A DNA stretch of 40,658 bases from Macrostomum lignano (taxonomy: Eukaryota): positions 1-40,658 of the forward strand of contig NIVC01001702.1 of the NCBI GenBank assembly GCA_002269645.1. The letters run 5' to 3'. Of the stretch, positions 1 through 28,041 are shown in pieces. A program made the translations under genes and the position numbers. Below the pieces are notes generated by a model. It worked only from the letters and a program-made list of their open reading frames with translations. It made no database searches and was not told the origin of the DNA. The first letter of the stretch is position 1, and every line of letters starts with the position of its first letter.

Positions 1-27
1 ACCAATGTACAGGTAGACATGGAACCT

Positions 28-567
28 GTGTCAGATCATTGAGTCTGTTTGTATCAGATCATTGTGTCAAATCATTGAGTCTGTTTGTGTCAGATTATTG
101 AGTCTTTTAGTGTCAGATCGTTGAGTCTTTTAGTGTCAGATCGTTGAGTCTGTTTGTGTCAGATCGTTGAGTCTGTTTGTGTCAGATCATTGAGTCTGTT
201 TGTGTCAGATCGTTGAGTCTGTTTGTGTCAGATCGTTGAGTCTATTTGTGTCAGATCGTTGAGTCTGTGTTTGTGTCAGATCGTTGAGTCTGTTTGTGTC
301 AGATTATTGAGTCTTTTAGTGTCAGATCGTTGAGTCTTTTAGTGTCAGATCGTTGAGTCTGTTTGTGTCAGATCATTGAGTCTGTTTGTGTCAGATTATT
401 GAGTCTTTTAGTGTCAGATCGTTGAGTCTTTTAGTGTCAGATCGTTGAGTCTGTTTGTGTCAGATCGTTGAGTCTGTGTTTGTGTCAGATCGTTGAGTCT
501 GTTTGTGTCAGATCATTGAGTCTGTTTGTGTCAGATCATTGAGTCTGTTTGTGTCAGATCATTGAGT
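28..567. repeat. 23-bp minisatellite (gtgtcagatcgttgagtctgttt), ~23 copies
   Basis: Direct tandem units with a few recurrent variants. Confidence 0.95.
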
Positions 568-914
568 TTGAGATTTTGTAGCGTTTTTTAACATGCCAAA
601 ATCCAATTTACATTTAAAATGTTTCAGTGAGTTTTCAGTTGCAAACGCTGCATAAAAAGGAATGCTAAAAACAATAATCTGATTTATTTATCTAGGCACA
701 AAATTGTAAAAAAAACAATTTTTTATGAGGCATGTTTGGAGCTAAACACTCAGCACAACAGACTTTATCTAGACATTTCCCCTATGCCTTGCAGAAACTC
801 TAGAATCATAAAACCTCTAATAAGTCATAAATTTTGCTGATCTTTTGTTTTCGTTCAAAACACGATGTATGCAGTTTGTGGACTGCTCAATAGTCAATAA
901 TTATGAAGATATCC

Positions 915-2395
915 TGGGACAGGGACAGGCGGACAGACATGAAAACAGACCGACGGACCCTAGTGCAGACACTAGGACAGACAGTGGGACAGACACTGGG
1001 ACAGGCACTGGGACAGACACTAGGACAGACACTGGGACAGGCACTGAGTCAGACACTGGGACAGACACTAGGACAGACACTGGGACAGACACTGGGACAG
1101 ACACTGGACAGACACTGGGACAGACACTGGGACAGACACTAGGATAGACACTAGGATAGACACTGGGACAGACACTAGGACAGACACTGGGACAGACACT
1201 AGGACAGACACTAGGATAGACACTGGGACAGACACTAGGACAGACACTGGGACAGACACTGGGACAGACACTAGGACAGGCACTGGGACAGACACTAGAA
1301 CAGACACTGGGACAGGCACTGAGACAGGCACTGAGACAGATACTGGGACAGGCACTGGGACAGGCACTGAGTCAGACACTGGAACAGACACTAGGACAGA
1401 CACTGGGACAGACACTGGGACAGACACTGGGACAGACACTGGGACAGACACTGGGACAGACACTGGGACAGACACTGGGACAGGCACTAGGACAGACACT
1501 GGGACAGACACTGGGACAGACACTGGGACAGGCACTGAGTCAGACACTGGGACAGACACTAGGACAGACACTGGGACAGACACTGGGACAGATACTGGGG
1601 CAGACACTGGGACAGACACTGGGACAGACACTGGGACAGGCACTGAGTCCGACACTGGGACAGGCACTAGGACAGACACTAGGACAGACACTGGGACAGA
1701 CACTGGACAGGCACTGGGACAGACACTGGGACAGGCACTGAGTCAGACACTGGGACAGACACTAGGACAGACACTGGGACAGACACTGGGACAGACACTG
1801 GGACAGACACTGGGACAGGCACTGAGTCCGATACTGGGACAGACACTAGGACAGACACTGGGACAGACACTGGGACAGACACTGGACAGGCACTGAGTCC
1901 GACACTGGGACAGACACTAGGACAGACACTGGGACAGACACTGGGACAGACACTGGGACAGACACTGGGACAGACACTGGGACAGGCACTGAGTCCGACA
2001 CTGGGACAGACACTAGGACAGACACTGGGACAGACACTGGGACAGACACTGGGACAGGCACTGAGTCAGACACTGGGACAGACACTAGGACAGACACTGG
2101 GACAGACACTGGGACAGACACTGGGACAGACACTGGGACAGGCACTGAGTCCGACACTGGGACAGACACTAGGACAGACACTGGGACAGACACTGGGACA
2201 GGCACTGAGTCAGACACTGGGACAGACACTAGGACAGACACTGGGACAGACACTGGGACAGACACTGGGACAGACACTGGGACAGGCACTAGGACAGACA
2301 CTGGGACAGGCACTAGGACAGACACTGGGACAGGCACTGAGTCAGACAATATGACAGAGACTAAGGCAGGCACTAAGACAGGCTTTAGGACAGGC
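915..2395. repeat. 12-bp minisatellite (actgggacagac), ~120 copies
   Basis: Tandem units; variants actaggacagac and actgagtc(a/c)gac; degenerate edges. Confidence 0.97.
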
Positions 2396-3039
2396 GCTTA
2401 ATCAAACTGCAGGAATGCAAAGCTTTAACTCCTGCCAAAGCAGACTCAGACAGACTGGCAAATGTATTAGCCATGCACCCCAATCGTGCACAGATCCAGC
2501 AGAGGGCTGTGAAATCGTAATTCCCTCAAAACAGCCCAAAGCAGCTCAGAACATCCCAAATTCATGCCAATTCCCAACTCACCAAGATACTCGTAGATTA
2601 GCAAATCAAAAGTCTAAATTGAGTCTAGCCATCCCCAATGCCAATTTCTGCTGTCATGTTTGGGATATATTTATGCCAATTCATTCAACTGCGCGAATTC
2701 CAATTCATAACTGTCAGGGTCGCTCTTTGTTGGCGTTAGCCATAAACCATCGTTCACAGAGATGAGAGAGGAATGGGCCTGTAAATAATGATTGATAGCC
2801 ATGAGCTGCATGCACCCGCACTGCACTTCCCTCACTCAACTCGCTCCACTATTCCCTCTCTAGGAACAGTACAAACAGAAAGAAAATAATTGCGATACTC
2901 TCTACTGCTTAGGTTATTGTTCAAGTAGTAGTTATTGATTTTGTGCATTTTATTGGAAATCTGCGACAAATTGAAAATTGGAGAAGAGGAAAACCTCCAA
3001 TCTTCAAGAACAGATAATCTTCTTTCTACTGTATAATCC

Positions 3040-6000
3040 GAGAGTGTGAATCTCCATTCTAAACGTGTGAATCACAAGTCTGGAAGAGTGAATCTCCATT
3101 CTAGAGAGTGAATCTCCATTCTGGAAGGGTGAATCTCAATTCTAGAAGAGTGAGTCTCCAATATAGAGAAGTGATCTCCATTCTGGAAAGGTGAATCTCA
3201 ATTCTAGAAAATGAATCTCAATTCTAGAGAGTGAATCTCAATTCTAGAGAGTGAATCTCAATTCTAGAGAGTGAATCTCAATTCTAGAGAGTGAATCTCA
3301 ATTCTAGAGAGTGAATCTCAATTCTAGAGAGTGAATCTCAATTCTAGAGAGTGAGTCTCAAATCTAGAGGAGTGAATCTCAATTCTAGAGAATGAATCTC
3401 AATTCTAGAGAGTGAACTCAATTCTAGAGAGTGAGTCTCCAATCTAGAGGAGTGAATCTCCATTCTGGAAGGGTGAATCTCAATTCTAGAGAATGAATCT
3501 CAATTCTAGAGAGTGAATCTCCATTCTGGAAGGGTGAATCTCAATTCTAGAGAATGAATCTCAATTCTAGAGAATGAATCTCAATTCTAGAGAGTGAATC
3601 TCAATTCTAGAGAGTGAATCTCAATTCTAGAGAATGAATCTCAATTCTAGAGAGTGAATCTCAATTCTAGAGAGTGAATCTCCATTCTGGAAGGGTGAAT
3701 CTCAATTCTAGAGAGTGAATCTCAATTCTAGAGAGTGAATCTCAATTCTAGAGAGTGAATCTCAATTCTAGAGAGTGAATCTCAATTCTAGAGAGTGAAT
3801 CTCAATTCTAGAGAGTGAATCTCAATTCTAGAGAGTGAATCTCCATTCTGGAAGGGTGAATCTCAATTCTAGAGAATGAATCTCAATTCTAGAGAATGAA
3901 TCTCAATTCTAGAGAGTGAATCTCAATTCTAGAGAGTGAATCTCAATTCTAGAGAATGAATCTCAATTCTAGAGAGTGAATCTCAATTCTAGAGAGTGAA
4001 TCTCCATTCTGGAAGGGTGAATCTCAATTCTAGAAGAGTGAGTCTCCAATATAGAGAAGTGATCTCCATTCTGGAAAGGTGAATCTCAATTCTAGAAAAT
4101 GAATCTCAATTCTAGAGAGTGAATCTCAATTCTAGAGAGTGAATCTCAATTCTAGAGAGTGAATCTCAATTCTAGAGAGTGAATCTCAATTCTAGAGAGT
4201 GAATCTCAATTCTAGAGAGTGAATCTCAATTCTAGAGAGTGAGTCTCCAATCTAGAGGAGTGAATCTCCATTCTGGAAGGGTGAATCTCAATTCTAGAGA
4301 ATGAATCTCAATTCTAGAGAGTGAATCTCCATTCTGGAAGGGTGAATCTCAATTCTAGAGAATGAATCTCAATTCTAGAGAATGAATCTCAATTCTAGAG
4401 AGTGAATCTCAATTCTAGAGAGTGAATCTCAATTCTAGAGAATGAATCTCAATTCTAGAGAGTGAATCTCAATTCTAGAGAGTGAATCTCATTCTGGAGG
4501 GTGAATCTCAATTCTAGAGAGTGAATCTCAATTCTAGAGAGTGAATCTCAATTCTAGAGAGTGAATCTCAATTCTAGAGAGTGAATCTCAATTCTAGAGA
4601 GTGAATCTCAATCTAGAGAGTGAATCTCAATTCTAGAGAGTGAGTCTCAAATCTAGAGAGTGAATCTCAATTCTAGAGAATGAATCTCAATTCTAGAGAG
4701 TGAATCTCAATTCTAGAGAGTGAATCTCAATTCTGAGAGTGAGTCTCAATCTAGAGAGTGAATCTCAATTCTAGAGAATGAATCTCAATTCTAGAGTGAA
4801 TCTCAATTCTAGAGAGTGAACTCAATTCTAGAGAGTGAGTCTCAATCTAGAGGAGTGAATCTCCATTCTGGAAGGGTGAATCTCAATTCTAGAGAGTGAA
4901 TCTCAATTCTAGAGAGTGAATCTCAATTCTAGAGAGTGAATCTCAATTCTAGAGAGTGATCTCAATCTAGAGGAGTGAATCTCAATTCTAGAGAATTGAA
5001 TCTCCATTCTGGAAGGGTGAATCTCAATTCTAGAGAATGAATCTCAATTCTAGAGAGTGAATCTCAATTCTAGAGAGCGAATCTCAATTCTAGAGAGTGA
5101 ATCTCAATTCTAGAGAGTGAATCTCAATTCTAGAGAGTGAGTCTCAAATCTAGAGGAGTGAATCTCAATTCTAGAGAATGAATCTCAATTCTAGAGAGTG
5201 AACTCAATTCTAGAGAGTGAGTCTCCAATCTAGAGGAGTGAATCTCCATTCTGGAAGGGTGAATCTCAATTCTAGAGAATGAATCTCAATTCTAGAGAGT
5301 GAATCTCCATTCTGGAAGGGTGAATCTCAATTCTAGAGAATGAATCTCAATTCTAGAGAATGAATCTCAATTCTAGAGAGTGAATCTCAATTCTAGAGAG
5401 TGAATCTCAATTCTAGAGAATGAATCTCAATTCTAGAGAGTGAATCTCAATTCTAGAGAGTGAATCTCCATTCTGGAAGGGTGAATCTCAATTCTAGAGA
5501 GTGAATCTCAATTCTAGAGAGTGAATCTCAATTCTAGAGAGTGAATCTCAATTCTAGAGAGTGAATCTCAATTCTAGAGAGTGAATCTCAATTCTAGAGA
5601 GTGAATCTCAATTCTAGAGAGTGAGTCTCAAATCTAGAGGAGTGAATCTCAATTCTAGAGAATGAATCTCAATTCTAGAGAATGAATCTCAATTCTAGAG
5701 AGTGAATCTCAATTCTAGAGAGTGAATCTCAATTCTAGAGAATGAATCTCAATTCTAGAGAGTGAATCTCAATTCTAGAGAGTGAATCTTCATTCTGGAA
5801 GGGTGAATCTCAATTCTAGAGAATGAATCTCAATTCTAGAGAATGAATCTCAATTCTAGAGAGTGAATCTCAATTCTAGAGAGTGAATCTCAATTCTAGA
5901 GAATGAATCTCAATTCTAGAGAGTGAATCTCAATTCTAGAGAGTGAATCTCCATTCTGGAAGGGTGAATCTCAATTCTAGAGAGTGAATCTCAATTCTAG

Positions 6001-6580
6001 AGAGTGAATCTCAATTCTAGAGAGTGAATCTCAATTCTAGAGAATGAATCTCAATTCTAGAGAGTGAATCTCAATTCTAGAGAGTGAATCTCAATTCTAG
6101 AGAGTGAGTCTCAAATCTAGAGGAGTGAATCTCAATTCTAGAGAATGAATCTCAATTCTAGAGAATGAATCTCAATTCTAGAGAGTGAACTCAATTCTAG
6201 AGAGTGAGTCTCCAATCTAGAGGAGTGAATCTCCATTCTGGAAGGGTGAATCTCAATTCTAGAGAGTGAATCTCAATTCTAGAGAGTGAATCTCAATTCT
6301 AGAGAGTGAATCTCAATTCTAGAGAGTGATTCTCCAATCTAGAGGAGTGAATCTCAATTCTAGAGAATTGAATCTCCATTCTGGAAGGGTGAATCTCAAT
6401 TCTAGAGAATGAATCTCAATTCTAGAGAGTGAATCTCAATTCTAGAGAGCGAATCTCAATTCTAGAGAGTGAATCTCAATTCTAGAGAGTGAATCTCAAT
6501 TCTAGAGAGTGAGTCTCCAATATAGAGGAGTGAATCTCCAATATAGAGGAGTGAATCTTCATTCTAGAGGAGTGAATCTC
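3040..6580. repeat. 20-bp satellite (gagtgaatctcaattctaga), ~175 copies
   Basis: Tandem units, most with an XbaI site; recurrent variant blocks. Confidence 0.98.
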
Positions 6581-6624
6581 TCATTTAACAATCGAACACT
6601 CGCAGATACGTCAGCAGCATCTCG

Positions 6625-7236
6625 ATGGAGCTGCTGCAGCAGCAAAAGCAACAGTGGCAGCAGCAGCAGCAGCAACAAGAGCGCCCGGCAGCCGAGAGCG
6701 ATGAGGACGTCCTGAACGAGCTGCATCGCCTCCGCGGCAGGATTGCCGCCTCCCCAATGCAGCAGCACAGCCAGCTGCAGCTGTGGCTGCTCGACCTTCT
6801 CCAACAGCGCCTCTGCGCTGCTGAGCTCAACGAGGCTGCCAGCTGCTGCCGCCTGCTGCTGCCGCTCGTCCAGCAGACTGAGCCGGACGAGGAGCCTCTC
6901 CTTCGCTGCCTGCTCCGTCAGTTGGAGGCTCGCGAACGCCGGATTCGAACTCGCGACTTTCTACTCGTAGGTTTCGGTGCCGGCGTTGGCGGCGTCGACG
7001 GCACCTCCGAATCCGTCAGCGTCGACGATGACGGCGACGGGAGCTACTCGGCGATGCTGGCGGTGGGAGACGCGGGCCACCGGCACAGGCAGCGGCATCA
7101 GCGGTGCTTGAACCGCCGGGCCGAGGAGGCGCGGCACCGACTCGGCTCCGACTGCAGCGACGGCAGCGACGAGGACCATCAGGACTGCTGCCTGGACGGT
7201 GACGACTCCTCATCTGAGTCTGAGGTGTCCGTCTGA
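6625..7236 (+). CDS. Hypothetical protein, 203 aa from ATG, or terminal exon of a gene spliced in at 6606
   Basis: GC-rich frame with composition like the verified exons, poly-Q N-terminus and acidic tail. Candidate acceptor ctcgcag| at 6605. AATAAA at 7775 and 7791. No family recognised. Confidence 0.6.
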   Translation: MELLQQQKQQWQQQQQQQERPAAESDEDVLNELHRLRGRIAASPMQQHSQLQLWLLDLLQQRLCAAELNEAASCCRLLLPLVQQTEPDEEPLLRCLLRQLEARERRIRTRDFLLVGFGAGVGGVDGTSESVSVDDDGDGSYSAMLAVGDAGHRHRQRHQRCLNRRAEEARHRLGSDCSDGSDEDHQDCCLDGDDSSSESEVSV

Positions 7237-7521
7237 CCTGTCTGAGGTGTCCGTCTGACCTGACCTGTCTGAGGTGTCCGTCTGACCTGTCTGAGATGTC
7301 CGTCTGACCTGTCTGAGGTGTCCGTCTGACCTGTCTGAGATGTCCGTCTGACCTGTCTGAGGTGTCCGTCTGACCTGTCTGAGATGTCCGTCTGACCTGT
7401 CTGAGGTGTCTGTCTGACCTGTCTGAGATGTCCATCTGACCTGTCTGAGGTGTCCGTCTGACCTGTCTGAGATGTCCGTCTGACCTGTCTGAGGTGTCCG
7501 TCTGACCTGTCTGAGGTGTCC
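7219..7521. repeat. 22-bp minisatellite (tctgaggtgtccgtctgacctg), ~14 copies
   Basis: Tandem units; the first unit overlaps the end of the 6625-7236 ORF. Confidence 0.95.
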
Positions 7522-7523
7522 AT

Positions 7524-7582
7524 TTGTCTGTCTGTCTGTCTGTCTGTCTGCCTGCCTGTCTGCCTGTCTGTCTATCTGTCTG
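7524..7582. repeat. (TCTG)n microsatellite
   Basis: Seen directly. Confidence 0.95.
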
Positions 7583-7774
7583 TTGAAAAAAGACAACAAC
7601 TTGTGTCATACTATTACGACGTTATACTTATTCTATAAAAATTTAGAAGCCAAAAAATCCATGCTCTCCATTAGCTACAGCCATTTGCCCTCACTTCTTT
7701 ACTATAAGTAGCAATGTAGCAACTAATTAAGTGCTTTCTGTAGAATTCAGCTTTCTATATTTTAACTGTTTAAA

Positions 7775-7796
7775 AATAAAGCAAGATTAAAATAAA
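7775..7796 (+). promoter_or_regulatory. Two AATAAA polyadenylation-signal candidates for the 6625-7236 gene
   Basis: AATAAA at 7775-7780 and 7791-7796, about 550 nt after the stop. Confidence 0.4.
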
Positions 7797-7985
7797 TTTG
7801 TACATAATTGACTAGTTTTTGTTTCATTTTACATTTACGAGTATCTCCCTCTTTTAGCCAGATATATACATAAAATGCAACGATTCATTTTCTATATTTT
7901 AAAAATACTTCAATGTTTTAATTGCGTTTCTGTCTTTTAAAAGAAAACTGAACTTGGTAGCGCTGGGAGACTGGGAGAGCTGACA

Positions 7986-7988
<3 letters not shown>

Positions 7989-8038
<50 letters not shown>

Positions 8039-8074
8039 GAGAGAGAGTGAGAGAGAGAGAGTGAGAGAGAGAGA

Positions 8075-8118
<44 letters not shown>

Positions 8119-8132
8119 GAGAGAGAGAGAGT

Positions 8133-8167
<35 letters not shown>

Positions 8168-8168
8168 T

Positions 8169-8203
<35 letters not shown>

Positions 8204-8218
8204 TGAGAGAGAGAGAGA

Positions 8219-8282
<64 letters not shown>

Positions 8283-8286
8283 GAGA

Positions 8287-8343
<57 letters not shown>

Positions 8344-8376
8344 TGAGAGAGAGAGAGAGAGAGAGTGAGAGAGAGA

Positions 8377-8470
<94 letters not shown>

Positions 8471-8504
8471 TAGATAGGGAGAGAGAGAGAGAGAGAGAGA
8501 GAGC
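7989..8504. repeat. Interrupted (GA)n microsatellite, ~515 bp
   Basis: Seen directly. Confidence 0.98.
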
Positions 8505-8600
8505 TGAGATCTCTAGGCAAGCTATCAGATAGATATTAGGTGTCTCAGACAGCGTGAGACGCATGTCGTGCACAGCCGATGTACATGCAAGCAGCTTAGT

Positions 8601-24155
<15,555 letters not shown>

Positions 24156-24194
24156 TGGTGAGCGCCAATTTGGTCGCTCGCTTTTTTGATATTT

Positions 24195-24225
24195 TATAAC
24201 AGACCCCTTATATGGGTCTGTTATA
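24195..24225. other. Perfect 12-bp inverted repeat with 7-nt loop
   Basis: tataacagaccc-cttatat-gggtctgttata. Confidence 0.9.
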
Positions 24226-24997
24226 GTTACTATTTATCAATGCAGTTTGACGGACTCAACAATAACAGCGCTTCTCCCTCTGTTGCTGCATTTCTGCTTC
24301 TTTTTTAGCCTCGAATGCTGTGTGTGTTCTGCCTTTGCAGTTGCAGTTGCAGCCGTCCAGTGGAATATAAATCAGTCAAAATAGATGGAAGAAGATGGGA
24401 GAGGGGAGAGAGAACGATGGAGGTAAAACGGAGGCTGGGCAGGGCTGATCGAGATGCGAACCAACCCCTGGCTTTGCTGCTCTCCACTCCTTCTCCTCCC
24501 ATGCCAGCTCTCTCTCGTCGTCTCTTTCGCCAGCTATCTCTCGCACGGATGAAAACCTGCAATTTTGAGCATTATTTTGGTAACTGAGGCAGGACCGGCT
24601 TCAGTTAAAAGATGAGTTGGTGGCAGACGGAGGGTTGTGTTCCTATGTTTTATCGTGGGAGCGCATGTGTTGCTTATTACTTTCTCTATAGCTGTCTTCA
24701 TCCTTTTCTGGACTTTCACCAGTAGACGTAGTAATTAAACAGCTGCAGGTCTATCTGAGACAAGCTGCTATCATAGTCGAATTAAGTCAAACATACTGCA
24801 GTAACATAGGGCCTGGCTCAGGAGACGTTCAGCTATTTAGGGAAGTGCTTTCACTCAAGGAAGGCCTACTTGAATTGACAGTAAAAACGTCCTACCATGT
24901 GATGGGTTGGCTCACTAGAAGTACATTTATTCACGATGAGCAATCAAGCTTGAGGTCAAACAAAACCTACCCAGTGAGCATGTGCATACTAGCTTGC

Positions 24998-25242
24998 TAC
25001 TTGTTGCAGCGACCCAAAGTGAGCTTGTCACTTGTTGCAGCGACCCAAAGTGAGCTTGTCACTTGTTGCAGCGACCCAAAGTGAGCTGGTCACTTGTTGC
25101 AGCGACCCAAAGTGAGCTGGTCACTTGTTGCAGCGACCCAAAGTGAGCTGGTCACTTGTTGCAGCGACCCAAAGTGAGCTGGTCACTTGTTGCAGCGACC
25201 CAAAGTGAGCTGGTCACTTGTTGCAGCGACCCAAAGTGAGCA
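24998..25242. repeat. 31-bp minisatellite (cttgttgcagcgacccaaagtgagctggtca), ~7.5 copies
   Basis: Near-identical tandem units without spacers. Confidence 0.95.
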
Positions 25243-28041
25243 ATTGCAGCATCTTATAGTTTTTAAAACCTGTAAAAAAACTTTTTTCTAAATGCTAATT
25301 TTTTTTCCTTCCAGCTCGTAAATGTACAAGCAAATTCGCCCCTATTCTGGGGCACACACAAACAAGGACAAAACGATTACAAAGGCTTCTTAATGACGAA
25401 AAGGCTTGTTTATACAAAAGCGTAGTATTTTATTAATAACACTTTGGAAACCCTTTGGGGCCTTGTACAGTTGCATCCTTGGTACATAGTAGCTAGGTTA
25501 AACACATAGTATAGGTGAAGATTGGATGGTTGACATCCATCTTGTGGAATTTTTGCTTAGTATGTACGCCAGATATTCATTGATCTCCATATATACTCAT
25601 CTGTGGCTTATGTACCTTTTTGCATTTAATTTCCACAAAAGCATTAATTTAATTTAGACAATTATACGCTCGTACATTGATTATTTTCGTTGCCATTTAT
25701 TGCGCTAGTCGCACTTTTACAGGCACTACAATTCTGATAGTTTTTCAAGCACCCCAATCAGGGTCATCAAAGCACGCTATAAACAGATCCTATAACTAAC
25801 TATAACTCTTTTTTTAACCCTTGGCTGCATGGGAGTACAGTATAGGGTTGATCGAAGTACACAAAAACAGAACTAATTGGTAACTGGATTTACAAATCTG
25901 GATTAGAAAACCTGGTCAAGACACAGGTGGAGACAAGCAAAATACGATGGAGGAGAGAAAGGCAATATTAGACAAATTTCCTTCAATATGTTGTTGACAG
26001 TTAAGGGTAGCAGCAAGGAGCTTTGGTCAGGATAACGATGAGATGCCGGAGGTCTAGCAGGTATAAGGCGTTCACTACCTATAGCTATACTCGAAGTCTG
26101 AAGAGCGCTCAACACGGCTTGATGCCCATGCAGTACCTCTATATCTCGGCTCCCCTCCTCTCCTACCTGTCCGCTGTGATTAATTTAAAAAATTCTCCCA
26201 ATTTCCGGCGTTGTTATTTAGCTAGCTTTTGCATGCACTGGGTGGGTGCAATACAACCCTCATCCAATCTGCATCAAAGCTTTGTTAGCGGATTTGCATC
26301 AGCAAAAATTGCGCGCGCTGTGCATACTTGTTTAACTAATTGAATTTTCCTCTCGAGTTGCTTTGAGATTTGCGAACATTATGTCTCTAAAAACACTAAA
26401 AAATTCTCTATAAAATGCATTTCAAATAGCTACTAAACCAAATCGAGTACATTTTAGAGTACATATGGGTTGAGAAGTCTTGAAAGTTGTTTCATTTACG
26501 GGTAGCCACTCACTGATGAATTTGCAGTTTTGTACTTATACGAGCTATAATAGCACGATCATAAAGAACTTTTAAAAAATTGTTTCTGAATCGATTACTG
26601 TCAGTAGACAGGCAACAATTTACATTTAAAATAATTTGTTGAAGCAGTAACTTAGATAGCAGCTAAGATACAAACGTCAGAAGATTTCTGTATCCGGTTT
26701 TACAAGAATTTTACTTTATATTTGATTGACAGTAAGTTGAAATGTTTACCAATAATTTTGCGTTTAATTCATAACAAAAAATGTTTCGTTTTAACGAATA
26801 GAAAAACCAAAAATTAGAATTTTCTTTTATTTTGAAGAGAAATAATAACATTTAAATTCAGTGTTGTTAAAATTCATAGAGTAAGAATGGTTAGTCGCTA
26901 GGCTAGGTAGGTAGGACCAATTAAAATTTCTAAAACGTTTTCAACACGTCCTCATGAACGTTACACTGCGGAGTAAAATATTGATAGCTATCAGAAATTT
27001 GACAGAAATATAAATGTTTAAGAAGATTGAGGGAAATATTATACAATATATAAGGACAAAAGAGAAGGCGCGAACATGGTACATTTTTAGAACTCGGTTT
27101 TTGCACAAAGTCACCAATTAAAATGATCGCATGGCTGCTGAAAAATTTCTTCTCGCATTGTCGACTTTTTAGTGCGAAATTGACGGCGGTGTCAAACAAG
27201 CCTTGATTAGGGGTCGCTACACGAACAAATTTTTCACAGCATAGAATTCTAGTCATTTGTGTTATTTAGAACTATAGTCATGATGTATGACTCATTTTCC
27301 TATTTAAAAAATAGTTAAATAATCCCGAAAAAGGATTTCTTTTAATTTTCTTTTGTAAAACTCGTTTCGATAAAAATAAACTTATAAACCCGTTGAGAAA
27401 CACGCGCTATCGCTAATTCTTGTGTCTTTTCTGCAATTACTAGTTTTCTGAAAATTATAAATATTAGGAAACGGATTAAATTAGCTCAGATAAACCAAAT
27501 AAAATTTTACAGGTATATTGCTATTTCTTGTCCAGTAATTGCAACCTAATTAGGAAATAATATAATATGGGAGTTCCACACAAACTCCTAGAGTTAAAGT
27601 GTTACATCATCTTGCCACCATTGAAAACTAATAATATTAGGACGCTCGCGGCCAATTTTGGCGAGATAGAAAGTCTTCAGATTTAAAAAAATATCTGTTT
27701 CTTACCCTTCAAGGACTTGTTAATTAGAAACCATTGGTGTTATATCCGAGTTGCATTCATGGGTTAGCTAATCAAGCTTACATTCGGGGCTATATATGTA
27801 AAAAAACAAATCTTTCTAAAGCAGTTTAGAAAACACGGACAGTATTTTAAGCGTTGCCGATCTTTAATATTTTTTGACAAACTTTTGAATGCATCTGGGA
27901 AAAACACATTCTGTACTCGTAGTTGCTAAAAGAAGGTCGGAGTTGTTGGGAATTGAATGCTAAACAACTGCAGAAGACTTCCCATCTCGCCAATGCATTT
28001 CGCAGTGTTTCGAGATTTGCGAGTTCAGCGTCCTTGCCGGC

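Noticed and set aside
845-2373. ORFs made of SVPV/TGTD/LGQT repeats
   Set aside because: Translations of the 12-bp array; no splice context or unique sequence.
2718-3035. Short exon-like segments on the plus strand (SLFVGVSHKPSFTEMREEW; EQYKQKENNCDTLYCL)
   Set aside because: Could not be joined in phase to each other or to 6606; no homology.
7016-8573. ORFs of RQVRRT, SLSL and RERE type
   Set aside because: Translations of the 22-bp, TCTG and GA repeats.
25500-26560. Faint C2A-like words on the minus strand (VQN...SQP; MEINE)
   Set aside because: Flanked by stops, no usable splice sites, similarity too weak.
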